Assembly (NCBI GenBank): GCA_020849795.1
Contig: JADZFR010000051.1
Span: forward strand, 83,821-147,820
Length of the DNA: 64,000 nt
Direction: 5' to 3'
From: Planctomycetota bacterium
GTDB taxonomy: Bacteria > Planctomycetota > UBA8742 > UBA2392
In this document: piece by piece, positions 8,690 to 18,845 of the stretch
Layout of the letters: each line of letters opens with the position of its first letter
Position numbering within the stretch: position 1 is the stretch's first letter
Translations under genes and position numbers: made by a program
The notes under the pieces: model-generated
Database searches by the model: none
The model's input: only the letters and a program-made list of their open reading frames with translations
Told to the model about the DNA's origin: nothing

Positions 8690-11317
8690 TCAGTTTGTGT
8701 TGCGATCAATGTTGGCCGGCACAGGGGTTCCGTTCCCGGTGTTCGTCTGCAGCAAACTGCCCGCGTCTTCGGTGATGCCCGAGATGCCGGTCCCCGCAAG
8801 GTCAATGTCGATCAACCCAGCAGCCCCGTTGGGCGTTCCGCCGTTGGCGCGGACAATCGCCGTGCTTGCAAACCGCACCGAGAATTCGAAACCACCGCCG
8901 ATGTCGATATTGCCGCCCGCCGCCCCCACGGGGCCGGCGACGGACGTGCTGCCGCCACCGTTGGCTGAAAGCAGCGACGTGATCACCATTCGGGTTGTGC
9001 CGTCACCGGCGATGTTGATGTCGCCGGCTGGGCCCGCACTGAGACCCGTCCGGCCGTCAGCGACAATGTCACCGGTAATCTGCAGGTCGGCCGTCTGGCA
9101 GGCAATGTCGACCTGACCGGCTGCACTGCCCGCGCCCTGCGTGCTGCCGTTTCCGCCCGACACGTCGATGTCGGCGCCCATCAACAGGTGCCCGAACTGC
9201 GTAACGATGGACACGCCGCCGCCATTACCGCCGCCGGTCGTGCCGGAAGTTGCGGAACCCGCCCCGCCCGAAGCCAGTATGCTGCCGTTGGTAAATGTCA
9301 CTTGCCCGCCCACGCCCAGGTCGAAACTTGTGCCCGCCCCGTTTCCGCCGCGGCCGGAAGCGCTGTCGCCGCCGCGCAGGTCGAACACCATGGTGTCGAA
9401 GCTGAGCACGGCCCAGAAAGCGGCAAAGACTGAGGCTGTGCCGCCCGTGCCGCCGCCTCCCAGTCCGCTGTTTGTTCCACCGCGGGCCGTGACGTTGCCG
9501 GAAAGCGCGATCGTCGAAATGCCGGCGCTGTTGAGGGAAAAGTCGCCGCCGGTACCGGCGCCGTTGCCGCTGGTCGTGCCGCCGCCGGAGACGTTGATAT
9601 CGAGGTCTGCAACCAGCGAGACGCCGGTGCCCATGCCAAAGTCGGCACTGCCGCCGGTGCCGCCAAGATCAGCGCCGCCCGCACCACCAACGCCCGAGAA
9701 GCTGACGGTCATCGCGTTGCGGTCTGAGGCCGACAGGTCCACCGTCAAGTTGCCACCGCCGCCGCCCATGTTTGCGCCGCCGCCGCCATTGGCTGTGAAG
9801 TTGAACGTCGAAGCCGTGATGGCCTCGCCGAAGCGTGACCACATCCGGGCGACACACTCGCCGCCGTCCCCGCCATTTCCCGATGTGCCGGTGCCGGTGC
9901 CGCCGCTCACGTCGCCGGTCAACGTCAGGTTCAGCGTTTCACCGTAGCTTTCATAAACGGAATCGCCGCCCTGCCCGCCCTGCCCGGCAGAGTTGCCGCC
10001 CCGGGCCATGAACGTCGCCAGCACGTTCACGCACTCGGCACCGTCGGCGTACAACTGCAGGCTGCCCCCGGAGCCACCCTGGACGGAGCCTGTGCCACCG
10101 TGGGCCGTGAACTGCACAGCCACGCCGAACACGCTTTCGCCCTCAAAAACACCATTACCGCCGTCGCCGCCAAGGCCGCCGGCACCACCATTGCTGCTGC
10201 TGACAACCGCGCCTTGAGAAGTCAAACCGCGCACCGACACGTCACCGCCCTGGCCGCCATCGCCCGTGCCGGTCGCACCGCCCAGTGCCTCGGTGGCCAT
10301 GAACATATCCAGCGGGCCGTCGCAATCGACACTCACATCGCCGCCATCGCCGCCCTGGTTCGCGCCCGTTCCGGCGCCGCCATTGGCGCGTACACTCCAG
10401 GCAAAGCGCATCATGACCGCCGATGAAGCCGAGAAACCCGAGTCACCAGCCGCGCCGCCCAATGTGCCGCCGCCGCCGTTGGCCTGGATCATGCCGTCGG
10501 GCAGTATGATGTCGCCGGCATCGCTCAGCAGTGTCACGTTGCCGCCGGTTCCGCCGGCAGCTGCGCCCGGGCTGTTGCCGGTGGTGTTCACGGTGCCGGC
10601 AAGAATGACCGCGCCGTGATAAGCAATCAGTGTCAACTCGCCGCCGTCATAAGTCACCGGCGATGAATAACCGCGCAAGTCCACGTTGCCGTCGATCGAG
10701 ATTGCATTGCCGGTCGCCTGCTCGGACAACAGGCCCAAGCCGACAGAATCAAGCGTCAGCCGCACGCCGTTCACGTTGCCGTCGATTCGAATGAAGTCGC
10801 CGGCCAGGTTGGTGCGAATCACCACCTGGTCGACTGCGATTGGCGCGTCCGAAATGTCCAGCGTGGCGCCCGCAGGCAGGTGAAAGTCCTCGCCGATCAG
10901 GTCGACCCAGGCGGTGCCGCCGGCCACGGACACGCGACCCGGCTGAATCGCGATCAGTTCGGCGTAGGTGACGCTGCTGTTGGCCAGCACGGTCGGCGTC
11001 AGGAAGTTGTTGTTGATTGCGGGACGGGAACGGCCGTCATCAAGCACGATGCGCCCCGCCGACGCCCAGACCGTGATGTCGCCGCCGCTTCCGCCGGCGG
11101 CCCCTGTGCTGGTTCCGCCGCTGGTGTCGATGGCCACGGGCAAGCCGACGAGAGTCGGCAGCACGGTCGGTATCGACGGATAGACGGATGAGCCCCCGCC
11201 GCTTCGGCTCTTGCCGCCTTTGTCATCATCACCACATCCGCCAAGCAGTATCGCCAGCATGCCCACTGCAAGCAATGCTGCTGCACGCAGTGATGCGTTG
11301 TAAGCGAGCCCGTCCAT
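8690..11317 (-). CDS. Glycine-rich repetitive lipoprotein (875 aa), predicted beta-helix or beta-roll-like surface protein.
   Basis: N-terminal signal with lipobox 'LLGGCGDD'. The body is dominated by periodic approximately 20-25-aa units of the form 'NGG.G..GG.GG(D/N)(I/V/L)(T/S)(I/V/L)...'. It has about 30% Gly and almost no charged stretches. Confidence 0.6.
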   Translation of the reverse strand: MDGLAYNASLRAAALLAVGMLAILLGGCGDDDKGGKSRSGGGSSVYPSIPTVLPTLVGLPVAIDTSGGTSTGAAGGSGGDITVWASAGRIVLDDGRSRPAINNNFLTPTVLANSSVTYAELIAIQPGRVSVAGGTAWVDLIGEDFHLPAGATLDISDAPIAVDQVVIRTNLAGDFIRIDGNVNGVRLTLDSVGLGLLSEQATGNAISIDGNVDLRGYSSPVTYDGGELTLIAYHGAVILAGTVNTTGNSPGAAAGGTGGNVTLLSDAGDIILPDGMIQANGGGGTLGGAAGDSGFSASSAVMMRFAWSVRANGGAGTGANQGGDGGDVSVDCDGPLDMFMATEALGGATGTGDGGQGGDVSVRGLTSQGAVVSSSNGGAGGLGGDGGNGVFEGESVFGVAVQFTAHGGTGSVQGGSGGSLQLYADGAECVNVLATFMARGGNSAGQGGQGGDSVYESYGETLNLTLTGDVSGGTGTGTSGNGGDGGECVARMWSRFGEAITASTFNFTANGGGGANMGGGGGNLTVDLSASDRNAMTVSFSGVGGAGGADLGGTGGSADFGMGTGVSLVADLDINVSGGGTTSGNGAGTGGDFSLNSAGISTIALSGNVTARGGTNSGLGGGGTGGTASVFAAFWAVLSFDTMVFDLRGGDSASGRGGNGAGTSFDLGVGGQVTFTNGSILASGGAGSATSGTTGGGNGGGVSIVTQFGHLLMGADIDVSGGNGSTQGAGSAAGQVDIACQTADLQITGDIVADGRTGLSAGPAGDINIAGDGTTRMVITSLLSANGGGSTSVAGPVGAAGGNIDIGGGFEFSVRFASTAIVRANGGTPNGAAGLIDIDLAGTGISGITEDAGSLLQTNTGNGTPVPANIDRNTN

Positions 11318-11460
11318 GTTTAACTCCTTGAGATGTAGTGAGCACGACGAGTGTTGCCGAATTGACCCCTCGAAGCAAGCACGCTGTGCAGCCAGAATGC
11401 ACAGCTTGCATGCGTTGCGACTGCACTGCGCCGCAAGAGGTGCATCCGAGAATTCGCAGC

Positions 11461-12555
11461 CTAGACGTACACTTGTGCGCGGCGGGCACTCATCTGATGC
11501 GCGAGCTTGATTGCCTCATGCATCGCGCCGGGGTTGGCTTTGCCCTGGCCCGCGATGTCGAATGCGGTGCCGTGGTCGGGACTGGTGCGCACGATCGGCA
11601 GGCCCAGTGTCACGTTCACGCCCTCAAAGAACGCCAGCGTCTTTACCGGAATCAATCCCTGGTCGTGGTACATCGCAACCACGGCGTCGTAACGACCTTC
11701 CCGGGCGTGTGCGAACACGCTGTCGGCTGCGAGCGGACCTTCCAGCTTCCAGCCCTTCTTTCGCAGGTCGTCCACGAGCGGCTTGATCAGCTTGCGGTCT
11801 TCATCGCCGAAGCGGCCGTTTTCGCCGGCGTGCGGGTTCAAGCCGCAGACCGCAATGCGCGGGGCTTCAATCGCGAAGTCGCTGATCATCGCCGCATGCA
11901 CCGTCTCAAGCACGCCGCGCAGCAGCTTGCGTGTAATCAGCTTGGGCACCCGGCTCAGGGGTTCATGAATCGTGGCCAGCGCGACTTTCAGACCGCCGCC
12001 CACCAGCATCATTACCGCATGCTTGGCCTTGCACACGTGCGCGAACAATTCGGTCTGGCCCGGAAATGGAAACTCGTCCTCGTCCATCACTTCCTTGCAG
12101 ATCGGCGCGGTGACGACGGCATCGCTGATGTCGCCGGCCAGCATTTCTGTGGCCGCCGCCAGGTAGCTGCCCGCGCGCTCGCCCGTGGCGCCCGTCGGCT
12201 TGCCGGGCTTGACCGCGCGCTCGTCTTTGAAGCCGCAATCCAGAAAGATCGGCCGCCACGGTTTGTCGCCCGCTGGCTCAATGTGCTCAAGCATGTAGCC
12301 CGGGTCACTGATGAAATCGTCCACCGGAATGATGTGGTAAGCGTGCATCGACGAAGGCTTGGACAGGTGGCGCGCGTACAGGAAGGCGTCGCCAATCACG
12401 GCAAGCGGCCGCTGGTGCAGAACCTCGTGTCGCTTCTGCAATCGGCGCACGGCGCGGTGCGTCACTTCTGCGCCGACGCCCGCGGGGTCACCCATGGTGA
12501 TCAGCAGCGGCATGGGAAAGTCCCATGCCTCAAACTCTCCGCTGTCATCGTTCAA
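11461..12555 (-). CDS. pdxA: 4-hydroxythreonine-4-phosphate dehydrogenase PdxA
   Basis: 'ITMGDPAGVGAEV', 'VCGLNPHAGENG', 'YHDQGLIPVK' and 'PDHGTAFDIAG' are PdxA hallmarks. The start codon overlaps the upstream stop in an ATGA arrangement. Confidence 0.85.
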   Translation of the reverse strand: MNDDSGEFEAWDFPMPLLITMGDPAGVGAEVTHRAVRRLQKRHEVLHQRPLAVIGDAFLYARHLSKPSSMHAYHIIPVDDFISDPGYMLEHIEPAGDKPWRPIFLDCGFKDERAVKPGKPTGATGERAGSYLAAATEMLAGDISDAVVTAPICKEVMDEDEFPFPGQTELFAHVCKAKHAVMMLVGGGLKVALATIHEPLSRVPKLITRKLLRGVLETVHAAMISDFAIEAPRIAVCGLNPHAGENGRFGDEDRKLIKPLVDDLRKKGWKLEGPLAADSVFAHAREGRYDAVVAMYHDQGLIPVKTLAFFEGVNVTLGLPIVRTSPDHGTAFDIAGQGKANPGAMHEAIKLAHQMSARRAQVYV

Positions 12556-15088
12556 CTGCGTCTCCGCACCAGGCGCTCAAGCGGCATCAGGATAAGGAAC
12601 AGCGCGCACAGGTACACAGCCCCCATCGGCCAATCTCGCCGCGTGAGACGTGTCTCTGGCAGCTTCGAGGAAAGCTCTGCCTGCTTCGGGTTGTCGTCCA
12701 CTGGTTTCGTGAATCCTCCGCCCGAGCCCTTGATGGCCACATAGACGTCGCCCATGCGGCGCTGCTCATCTTCGACTTGCTCGATCAACTCTGCGGCACC
12801 AGTCGGGAGCCCGCCCGCATGCGTCAGCAGACCGTCAGTCAGCTCAAGCGCAAGGTCGCCCGACGCGGTTCGCAGAAAGTAGGTGGCACCCGGCAGCGGG
12901 TCCAGCAGCCGAATCCCCTCTGGTGTTGCTTCGCCTACCAGCCGCACATCCGGCACTTCGCGCGGCAGCAGCCAGCGCAGACTTGCGGCAAACACGCCGG
13001 GAAAGTCGCCCCAAGCCGTGATCTCGCCCAATGATTCTGGCTCGCCCCCTACCGACCAGAAGGCCGTGCGCCCGAGCCCGTACGCTTGAAACGCCAGCGC
13101 CGGCGGGTCGTGCGCCGCATTCAGGCCCAGCGGGACGGCGGCTTCCGGCTTGGCAATGCTGCGCGCATACCAGGCTGCGCGAGGCGCGGGCTTAGGCAGC
13201 GCATCCGGCCCGAAGAGCTGTTTGCCGGGCGCCAGCAGCGTAAGTGGAAACTCGCCGGCGAGGACATCGACCTTGGGTGGCTCCAGCTCGGCGGCCTTCT
13301 GTTCGTCGAGCTTGCGTTTGCGTTCTTCTTCTTCGGCTTTCTTCTGGTCGTCGTAGGCCTTGAACGCCGTTTCCACGGCGGTCACGAAGATCACGTGGGC
13401 CTTTTCCGCCGCTTCGCCTTCGCCGGGAATGAACGAAAAGCCCTGCTTGGTGGCCAGGTCCTCTATGGTCTTGCGGGCCGCAAGTACTTCGGGTGTGGCG
13501 CCCACGAAAGCATCGCCGATGCCGACGGTCATGATGTTCACGGTTTCGCGGCGCGCCTCTTCGGCGATGTTCGACAGCAGCTTGCCTTCGCGCGCGTTGG
13601 CGGGGCGGTCGGCGCCATCGGTCATCAGCACGATCACCTTCACGGCGCTCTTTTCTTTCTTGATCACGTCCAGCGCTTCGCGCATCGCGGCGTACACGTC
13701 GGTGTTGTAGTACATCTCGTCGTAGTCGGCGTCGCCCTCGGTCGCGGCCAGGCGTTGCGCCAGGTTCTTCACGTCGAAGTCAATGAACACCCGCGGCTTG
13801 TCAATCCACGTCTGCTTCAGTGTAAATGACAGCACGCCGACGCGCGTGTTGGTCTGCTCTTTGGCTTCCTTGATCTTCTTCAGCGCCTCCGTCACGCCTT
13901 TGCACGCGACGCGCCAGCGTGTCAGGTCGGCGCGGCGATTGACCGTGGCGTTCATGCTGCCTGAGCGGTCCAGCACGTAAACTATGCTGGCCTTGGCGAC
14001 TTCGGCCTTGCCCTTGATCTCTTCGACCGGTGGGTCTTCGGGTTCGGGCGGCTTGCCTTCCTTGAGCAGCGTGACGGGCAAGAGCATCCTGGCCTCGGGC
14101 GCAAGATACTCCGGCGCCACGAATTTTGCGCCGTCGCCCGTAACATACAGTCCACCGCCGCGCGCGACCCAGAATGACAGGCCATAAATCACTGACGGAT
14201 TCGACAGCGACAACTGGTACAGGGCATCGACACTGGTCAACACTACGCCGACCGGGCTTTCCGCGTTGTCGAACCGGCTTGCGTCGAAACCTGTGAGTTC
14301 GCCCCGTTCGGTCTTCCAGCCGGGCGCCAGAGCACTCACGCGCTTCTCTTGATCGTTACTCAGGCCCAGCATCAACAACAACGGCAGTTCGCCCACACGC
14401 ACAATGGCGCCGTCGCGCTGCAGCACGTTGCCTTGCGCGTCGTGCAACACGGCTTCCAGCAGGTGCACGCCCGGTTTTTCCAGCCGGATTTCCGCCTTGC
14501 CGGACTTGTGCGGCAACTCCGCGCCATCCAGCAGCACCTTCAGGGTTGCGCCCGCGAGAAACGCCGAAACGCTGACCTGTCCGGCTTCTGCCGGTTGCAA
14601 GGTTGTGGGCGCGTCGATGTGAAGAATCATCGGCGCCGGCAGCACGTTTGCTTCGGGCCAGTGCGCCGTGCATGGCAGACCCAACGCGAGTACCGCGTCG
14701 CGGGCGCGGGTGGCTTGCTCGTGCGTGCCCCATATCTCGGCACGCGTTGGCGGTTGCTCGCCGGCAAGCGCCTGGCGCACGCGGTTTGTGAAGGCAAGGG
14801 GCGTCTCGCGAAAGTCGCTGGCGTCGGCGGCGGGGGCGCGATCATCCAGCAGCAGGCGCCACACACCTTGCGGTTCAAAGCGGATCGTTTCGGGTTGCGT
14901 TTCAACAAATCCGGCGAGTGCTAACACCAGCACCGCGACGGCGACCACACGAATCAAGCCCGCAAGAGCCACCGCGCCTTTGGCATGGCGCCAGGGCAGC
15001 AGCAACACCAGCAAGCCAACAACTGCGCTGATGCCAACCCACGGCAGTGTGGCGGGATGTGCAATCTGCAGACTCGATAGATCGGGCA
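12552..15088 (-). CDS. BatA-like membrane protein with an N-terminal double-transmembrane segment, a central vWA (MIDAS) domain and a C-terminal TM helix.
   Basis: The start at the Met in 'MPDLSSLQ' (15088) avoids the antisense overlap with asnS. Two N-terminal hydrophobic helices are 'VGISAVVGLLVLLL' and 'VVAVAVLVLALAG'. The MIDAS motif is 'YVLDRSGSMN' with 'LMTDGAD' downstream. The C-terminus 'AVYLCALFLILMPL' is hydrophobic. The track ORF to 15995 is an overextension. Confidence 0.65.
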
Positions 15089-15152
15089 TCCAGCGCTTCC
15101 CGTTGTGCGCGCCAAACCTTGCATGCATAGTGCCCCCGCAGAGGGCGGACAC

Positions 15153-16502
15153 ATGACCGTTACGGTACGAACACTGAAGGACTCCGTCGACCACGAGGTC
15201 GAGCTCAAGGGCTGGATGTACAACCGGCGCGGCAGCGGAAAGCTGCTGTTCCTGCAGGTGCGTGACGGCACCGGCATTGTGCAGGTAGTCGTCAACAAGA
15301 AGGACGTGCCTGAGCCGGTGTTTGAAACCGCCAAGCGCATCGGCATTGAAAGCAGCATTGTCGTCCGCGGGCGAGTCACGAAAGATGATCGCTCGGCCCT
15401 GGGCGTAGAACTGCAATGCAGCGACCTGTCGGTGATCCAGGAAGTTCACGACTACCCGATCCAGATCACCGAAGACGTGCCAAACATCGACAAGCTGCTC
15501 GACAAGCGCCACCTCTGGATTCGTTCGCGGGTGCCCAACGCAATTCTGCGCGTGCGCAGCGAAGTGGTGCAGGCGATTCGCGACTTTTACTACCAGCGCG
15601 GCTACGTGCTGTTCGATGCGCCGATGTTCACGCCTGCGAGCTGCGAAGGTTCCAGCACTCTGTTTGAAGTGCCGTACTTTGACGCCACCGCTTACCTGTC
15701 GCAAAGCGGCCAACTGTACGGCGAAGCGGGCGCGCTGGCGTTTGGCAAAGTCGTCGTTTTCGGCCCGACGTTTCGTGCTGAGAAATCCAAGACCCGGCGC
15801 CACCTGACCGAGTTCTGGATGGTCGAGCCCGAAGTTGCGTTTCTTGAACTGGACGGCGTCATGGACCTGGCAGAGCAGCAGATCCAGTACGTTGTTGGAC
15901 GTGCCCTGGAACGCTGCGCTGAAGAACTGAAGGTGCTTGAGCGCGACACCGCCATCCTGCAGCAGGTCAGCAAGCCGTTCCCGCGCATCAGCCACGCCGA
16001 GGCGCAGGGTGTCCTGACCAGGTTGAAAGCCGAGTTCGCTGCCAGCGGCAACGAAGAACTTCAGAAGTTAAGCAATGACATTCTCAAGAGCGGCCCCGAC
16101 GCCGACCTGGGCGCCGCGGACGAAACCGCCATCGGCATGCACTTCAAGCAGTGCGTGATGATCCATCGCTACCCGCGCCACGTGAAAGCCTTCTACATGA
16201 AGGGCGACCCGGCGGACCCCACCAAGGCCCTGTGCGTGGACGTCATTGCGCCCGAGGGCGTGGGCGAGATTGTGGGCGGCAGCCAGCGCGAAGACAGCCT
16301 GGAAGAGTTGCTGAAGCAGATTGAGCACCACAAGGTCCCCATGGAAAGTGTCGAGTGGTTTGTAGACCTGCGGCGTTATGGCAGCGTCCCCCACGGCGGC
16401 TTCGGCATGGGCGTTGAGCGCTGCGTGCAGTGGATCACCGGTTGCCAGCACGTGCGCGAAACCATCCCGTTCCCGCGCACCATCTATCGCCTGAACCCTT
16501 AG
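15153..16502 (+). CDS. asnS: asparaginyl-tRNA synthetase (class IIb)
   Basis: Class II motif 2/3 'FGPTFRAEKSKTRRHLTEFWMVEPEVAF'. The C-terminus 'GEIVGGSQREDSLEEL...WFVDLRRYGSVPHGGFGMGVERCVQWITG...IPFPRT' is closer to AsnRS than to archaeal-type AspRS. Confidence 0.8.
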   Translation: MTVTVRTLKDSVDHEVELKGWMYNRRGSGKLLFLQVRDGTGIVQVVVNKKDVPEPVFETAKRIGIESSIVVRGRVTKDDRSALGVELQCSDLSVIQEVHDYPIQITEDVPNIDKLLDKRHLWIRSRVPNAILRVRSEVVQAIRDFYYQRGYVLFDAPMFTPASCEGSSTLFEVPYFDATAYLSQSGQLYGEAGALAFGKVVVFGPTFRAEKSKTRRHLTEFWMVEPEVAFLELDGVMDLAEQQIQYVVGRALERCAEELKVLERDTAILQQVSKPFPRISHAEAQGVLTRLKAEFAASGNEELQKLSNDILKSGPDADLGAADETAIGMHFKQCVMIHRYPRHVKAFYMKGDPADPTKALCVDVIAPEGVGEIVGGSQREDSLEELLKQIEHHKVPMESVEWFVDLRRYGSVPHGGFGMGVERCVQWITGCQHVRETIPFPRTIYRLNP

Positions 16503-16522
16503 CACAAAACAAAGGCAAGCCC

Positions 16523-17200
16523 TTGGCCGAAGCCATCATCATCGACCTGTACGACACCTTGACCGACGAGGCGGACAACGACCGCAATGCTTTGGCGCTG
16601 GTGCGCCAGGTCGTAGCAACGGCTGGGCAGCGAGTCTCAGAGCAGGCACTCACGCAAGCCGAAGAATTTGCCATCCAGAGCTTTGCGCCCAACATGTACG
16701 ACGCCATGATTTTCAAGCTCGTGAATCGTGACACGACGCTGGCGCTGCGCTGCATCAGCGCCTTCAAGAAGAACAACCCGCGCAGCGTGAAGATCCGCCC
16801 CGAGGCCAAAGAGATCCTGAAGATCTGCAAAGAACGAAAGTGGAAAGTCGCGCTCGCCCACGCGCCGGACAAAGACGAAACCGAGGCGCTGCGAAAGGCC
16901 GGCCTGCTGGACCTGTTTGACGTCAAGGGGCCACCCGCGGCCCTCAAGATCGGTTTGCCGGACGTCCGGTTGCTGGAACTTCTGCTGGGGCAACTGGCCG
17001 TGCGCCCGGGGGATTGCGTGATGCTGGGCAACCGCATCGACAACGACATTCGTCCGGCCAACATGCTGCGCATGACCACCGTGCAGCTGCAGGTCGGACT
17101 TCATGGCAAGCGGCAGCTGCCGCGCGACCTGAAGGACGTGCCGGCCTATGAGGCCCCGACGCTTGCCGCGCTGATGAATGTGCTGCCGACGGTTGTCTAG
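16523..17200 (+). CDS. HAD-superfamily hydrolase (probable TTG start)
   Basis: If the TTG is read as Met, the N-terminus 'AEAIIIDLYDTLTDE' gives HAD motif I (hhhDxxDTL). 'KVALAHAPDKDE' and 'GDCVMLGNRIDNDI' resemble motifs III and IV. There is no in-frame ATG between the asnS stop and the motif. Confidence 0.55.
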   Translation: MAEAIIIDLYDTLTDEADNDRNALALVRQVVATAGQRVSEQALTQAEEFAIQSFAPNMYDAMIFKLVNRDTTLALRCISAFKKNNPRSVKIRPEAKEILKICKERKWKVALAHAPDKDETEALRKAGLLDLFDVKGPPAALKIGLPDVRLLELLLGQLAVRPGDCVMLGNRIDNDIRPANMLRMTTVQLQVGLHGKRQLPRDLKDVPAYEAPTLAALMNVLPTVV

Positions 17201-17264
17201 CCGGCACTCAACCCCAAGCGGCTACTGGAAACGCCGGCGCTTGGCCTCTAGCCTCTGGCCCCAG

Positions 17265-18725
17265 ATGACCAACGCGACCACAACTGATTTCGAGCCAGTG
17301 ATCGGCCTTGAGGTGCATTGCCAGCTCAAGACCCGCAGCAAGATGTTCTGCGCGTGCGAAGTGCGCTTTGGCGCCCCCGCCAACTCCCTGACCTGCCCGG
17401 TGTGCCTGGGTTTGCCCGGCGCGCTGCCGATGGTTAATCACCTGGCCGTTGAGTTCGGGATCCGGATTGGTTTGGCGCTGAACTGCCAGATTGCGCACCG
17501 CGTCAAGTTTGACCGCAAGAACTACTTTTACCCCGACCTTCCCAAGGGCTACCAGGTCAGCCAATACGACGAGCCGCTGTGCTTTGATGGCGAGCTGCAA
17601 ATGCCGATCAACGATGCGTCCGGCAACCCGAAGATCTGCCGCATTACGCGGGCACACCTTGAGGAAGACGCGGGCAAGTCCATCCACATGGGCCACAGCA
17701 CGCTGGTGGACTTGAACCGCGCCGGCACGCCGCTGGTCGAGATCGTGGGCGGCCCGGACCTGCGCAGCCCCGAAGAAGCCTACGTCTACCTGAACACACT
17801 CAAGCGCAACCTCAGCTATCTGGGCATCAGCGACCTGAGCATGGAAAAAGGCAGCTTGCGGTGCGACGCCAACGTGAGCATCAGGCCCAGAGGCCAGGAA
17901 AAGTTCGGCGTGCGCAGCGAAGTCAAGAACCTGAACAGCTTTCGCGCTGTGCGCGCAGCCCTGGAATTCGAAATCAGGCGCCACACGCAAGTCCTCGAAA
18001 GCGGCGGCAAGCTGACGCAGGAGACGCGCCTGTGGGACGAGGAGAAACTCGAAACCCGCAGCATGCGCAGTAAAGAAGAAGCCACCGACTACCGCTTCTT
18101 CCCCGAGCCTGACCTCGCCACCTTCGACGTGCCCCGCGAGTGGGTCGAGAAAGTCCGCGCCACGCTGCCCGAAATGCCTGAAAAGCGCCTGCTGCGCTTC
18201 CTGCACGACTTCAAGCTGAACCAGCCGGACGCCGAGTTTCTGGTCGGCGAGAAGGCTTTGGCCGATTGGTACGAAGCCGTGCTGAAACTCTACGACGAAC
18301 CGCGCAAGGTGGCGGCCTGGGTAGTCGGCGAGGTCAACCGCGAGTTGCAGGAGCGCCACGTGGACATTGGCGTGTTCAAGGTCAAGCCGGCGCAGTTGGT
18401 TGAACTCGTCCGGCTGCTTGATGCGGGCAAGCTGAACAACATCACCGCCAAAGAGGTTTTCAAAGCCATGGCGGAAACCGGTGAGGACGCAATGCCGACG
18501 GCCAAACGCCTTGGCAGATTGATCGAGCAGGACGAGGGCGAAGTAGACGCCGCCATCGCCGAGGTCATCACTGAGTTCAAAGACAAAGCCGTCGCCGATT
18601 ACCTGAAGGGCGAAACCAAAGTGCTCGGCTTTCTGGTAGGCCAAGCCATGCGCAAGCTGAAAGGCAAAGCCAACCCCAAAGACATAGGCGCGCGATTTGA
18701 GGCTCGACTGCGAGAACACGGTTAG
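17265..18725 (+). CDS. gatB: Asp-tRNA(Asn)/Glu-tRNA(Gln) amidotransferase subunit B
   Basis: 'FEPVIGLEVHCQLKTRSKMFC', 'NRAGTPLVEIV', 'CDANVSIRP' and the C-terminal YqeY-like tail 'GFLVGQAMRKLKGKANP' are conserved. Confidence 0.9.
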   Translation: MTNATTTDFEPVIGLEVHCQLKTRSKMFCACEVRFGAPANSLTCPVCLGLPGALPMVNHLAVEFGIRIGLALNCQIAHRVKFDRKNYFYPDLPKGYQVSQYDEPLCFDGELQMPINDASGNPKICRITRAHLEEDAGKSIHMGHSTLVDLNRAGTPLVEIVGGPDLRSPEEAYVYLNTLKRNLSYLGISDLSMEKGSLRCDANVSIRPRGQEKFGVRSEVKNLNSFRAVRAALEFEIRRHTQVLESGGKLTQETRLWDEEKLETRSMRSKEEATDYRFFPEPDLATFDVPREWVEKVRATLPEMPEKRLLRFLHDFKLNQPDAEFLVGEKALADWYEAVLKLYDEPRKVAAWVVGEVNRELQERHVDIGVFKVKPAQLVELVRLLDAGKLNNITAKEVFKAMAETGEDAMPTAKRLGRLIEQDEGEVDAAIAEVITEFKDKAVADYLKGETKVLGFLVGQAMRKLKGKANPKDIGARFEARLREHG

Positions 18726-18845
18726 CGCGCAGTGCCAGCGACGGGTTCGTTGTCTGGGTTCTTTGAGTGAGCCGCTGTGAAGTAGCCTGCGCGGGCGGCG
18801 CTGATGGACTCGCGGCACACTTGCCAGGGAATGGCGGAGCGCAAC

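Noticed and set aside
9141-9947. Pro-rich 268-aa plus-strand ORF (PPPLPPPVVP...)
   Set aside because: It is the mirror image of the Gly-rich gene: GGN codons read antisense give NCC, which is Pro. It is a compositional artefact.
11338-12744. 468-aa ORF on the plus strand
   Set aside because: It is entirely antisense to pdxA. It has Arg/Ala/His-rich low-complexity composition typical of a GC-rich antisense frame, and no recognisable domain.
15089-15995. N-terminal 300 aa of the 1147-aa minus-strand track ORF
   Set aside because: It is antisense to the well-supported asnS. The sequence is not protein-like until the Met at 15088, where two clean TM helices begin.
15153-16502. Idea that the synthetase is a non-discriminating AspRS paired with gatB for Asn-tRNA synthesis
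   Set aside because: The C-terminal block 'GGSQRE...WFVDLRRYGSVPHGGFG' and motif 2 context match AsnRS closely, so the simpler reading is a genuine asnS.
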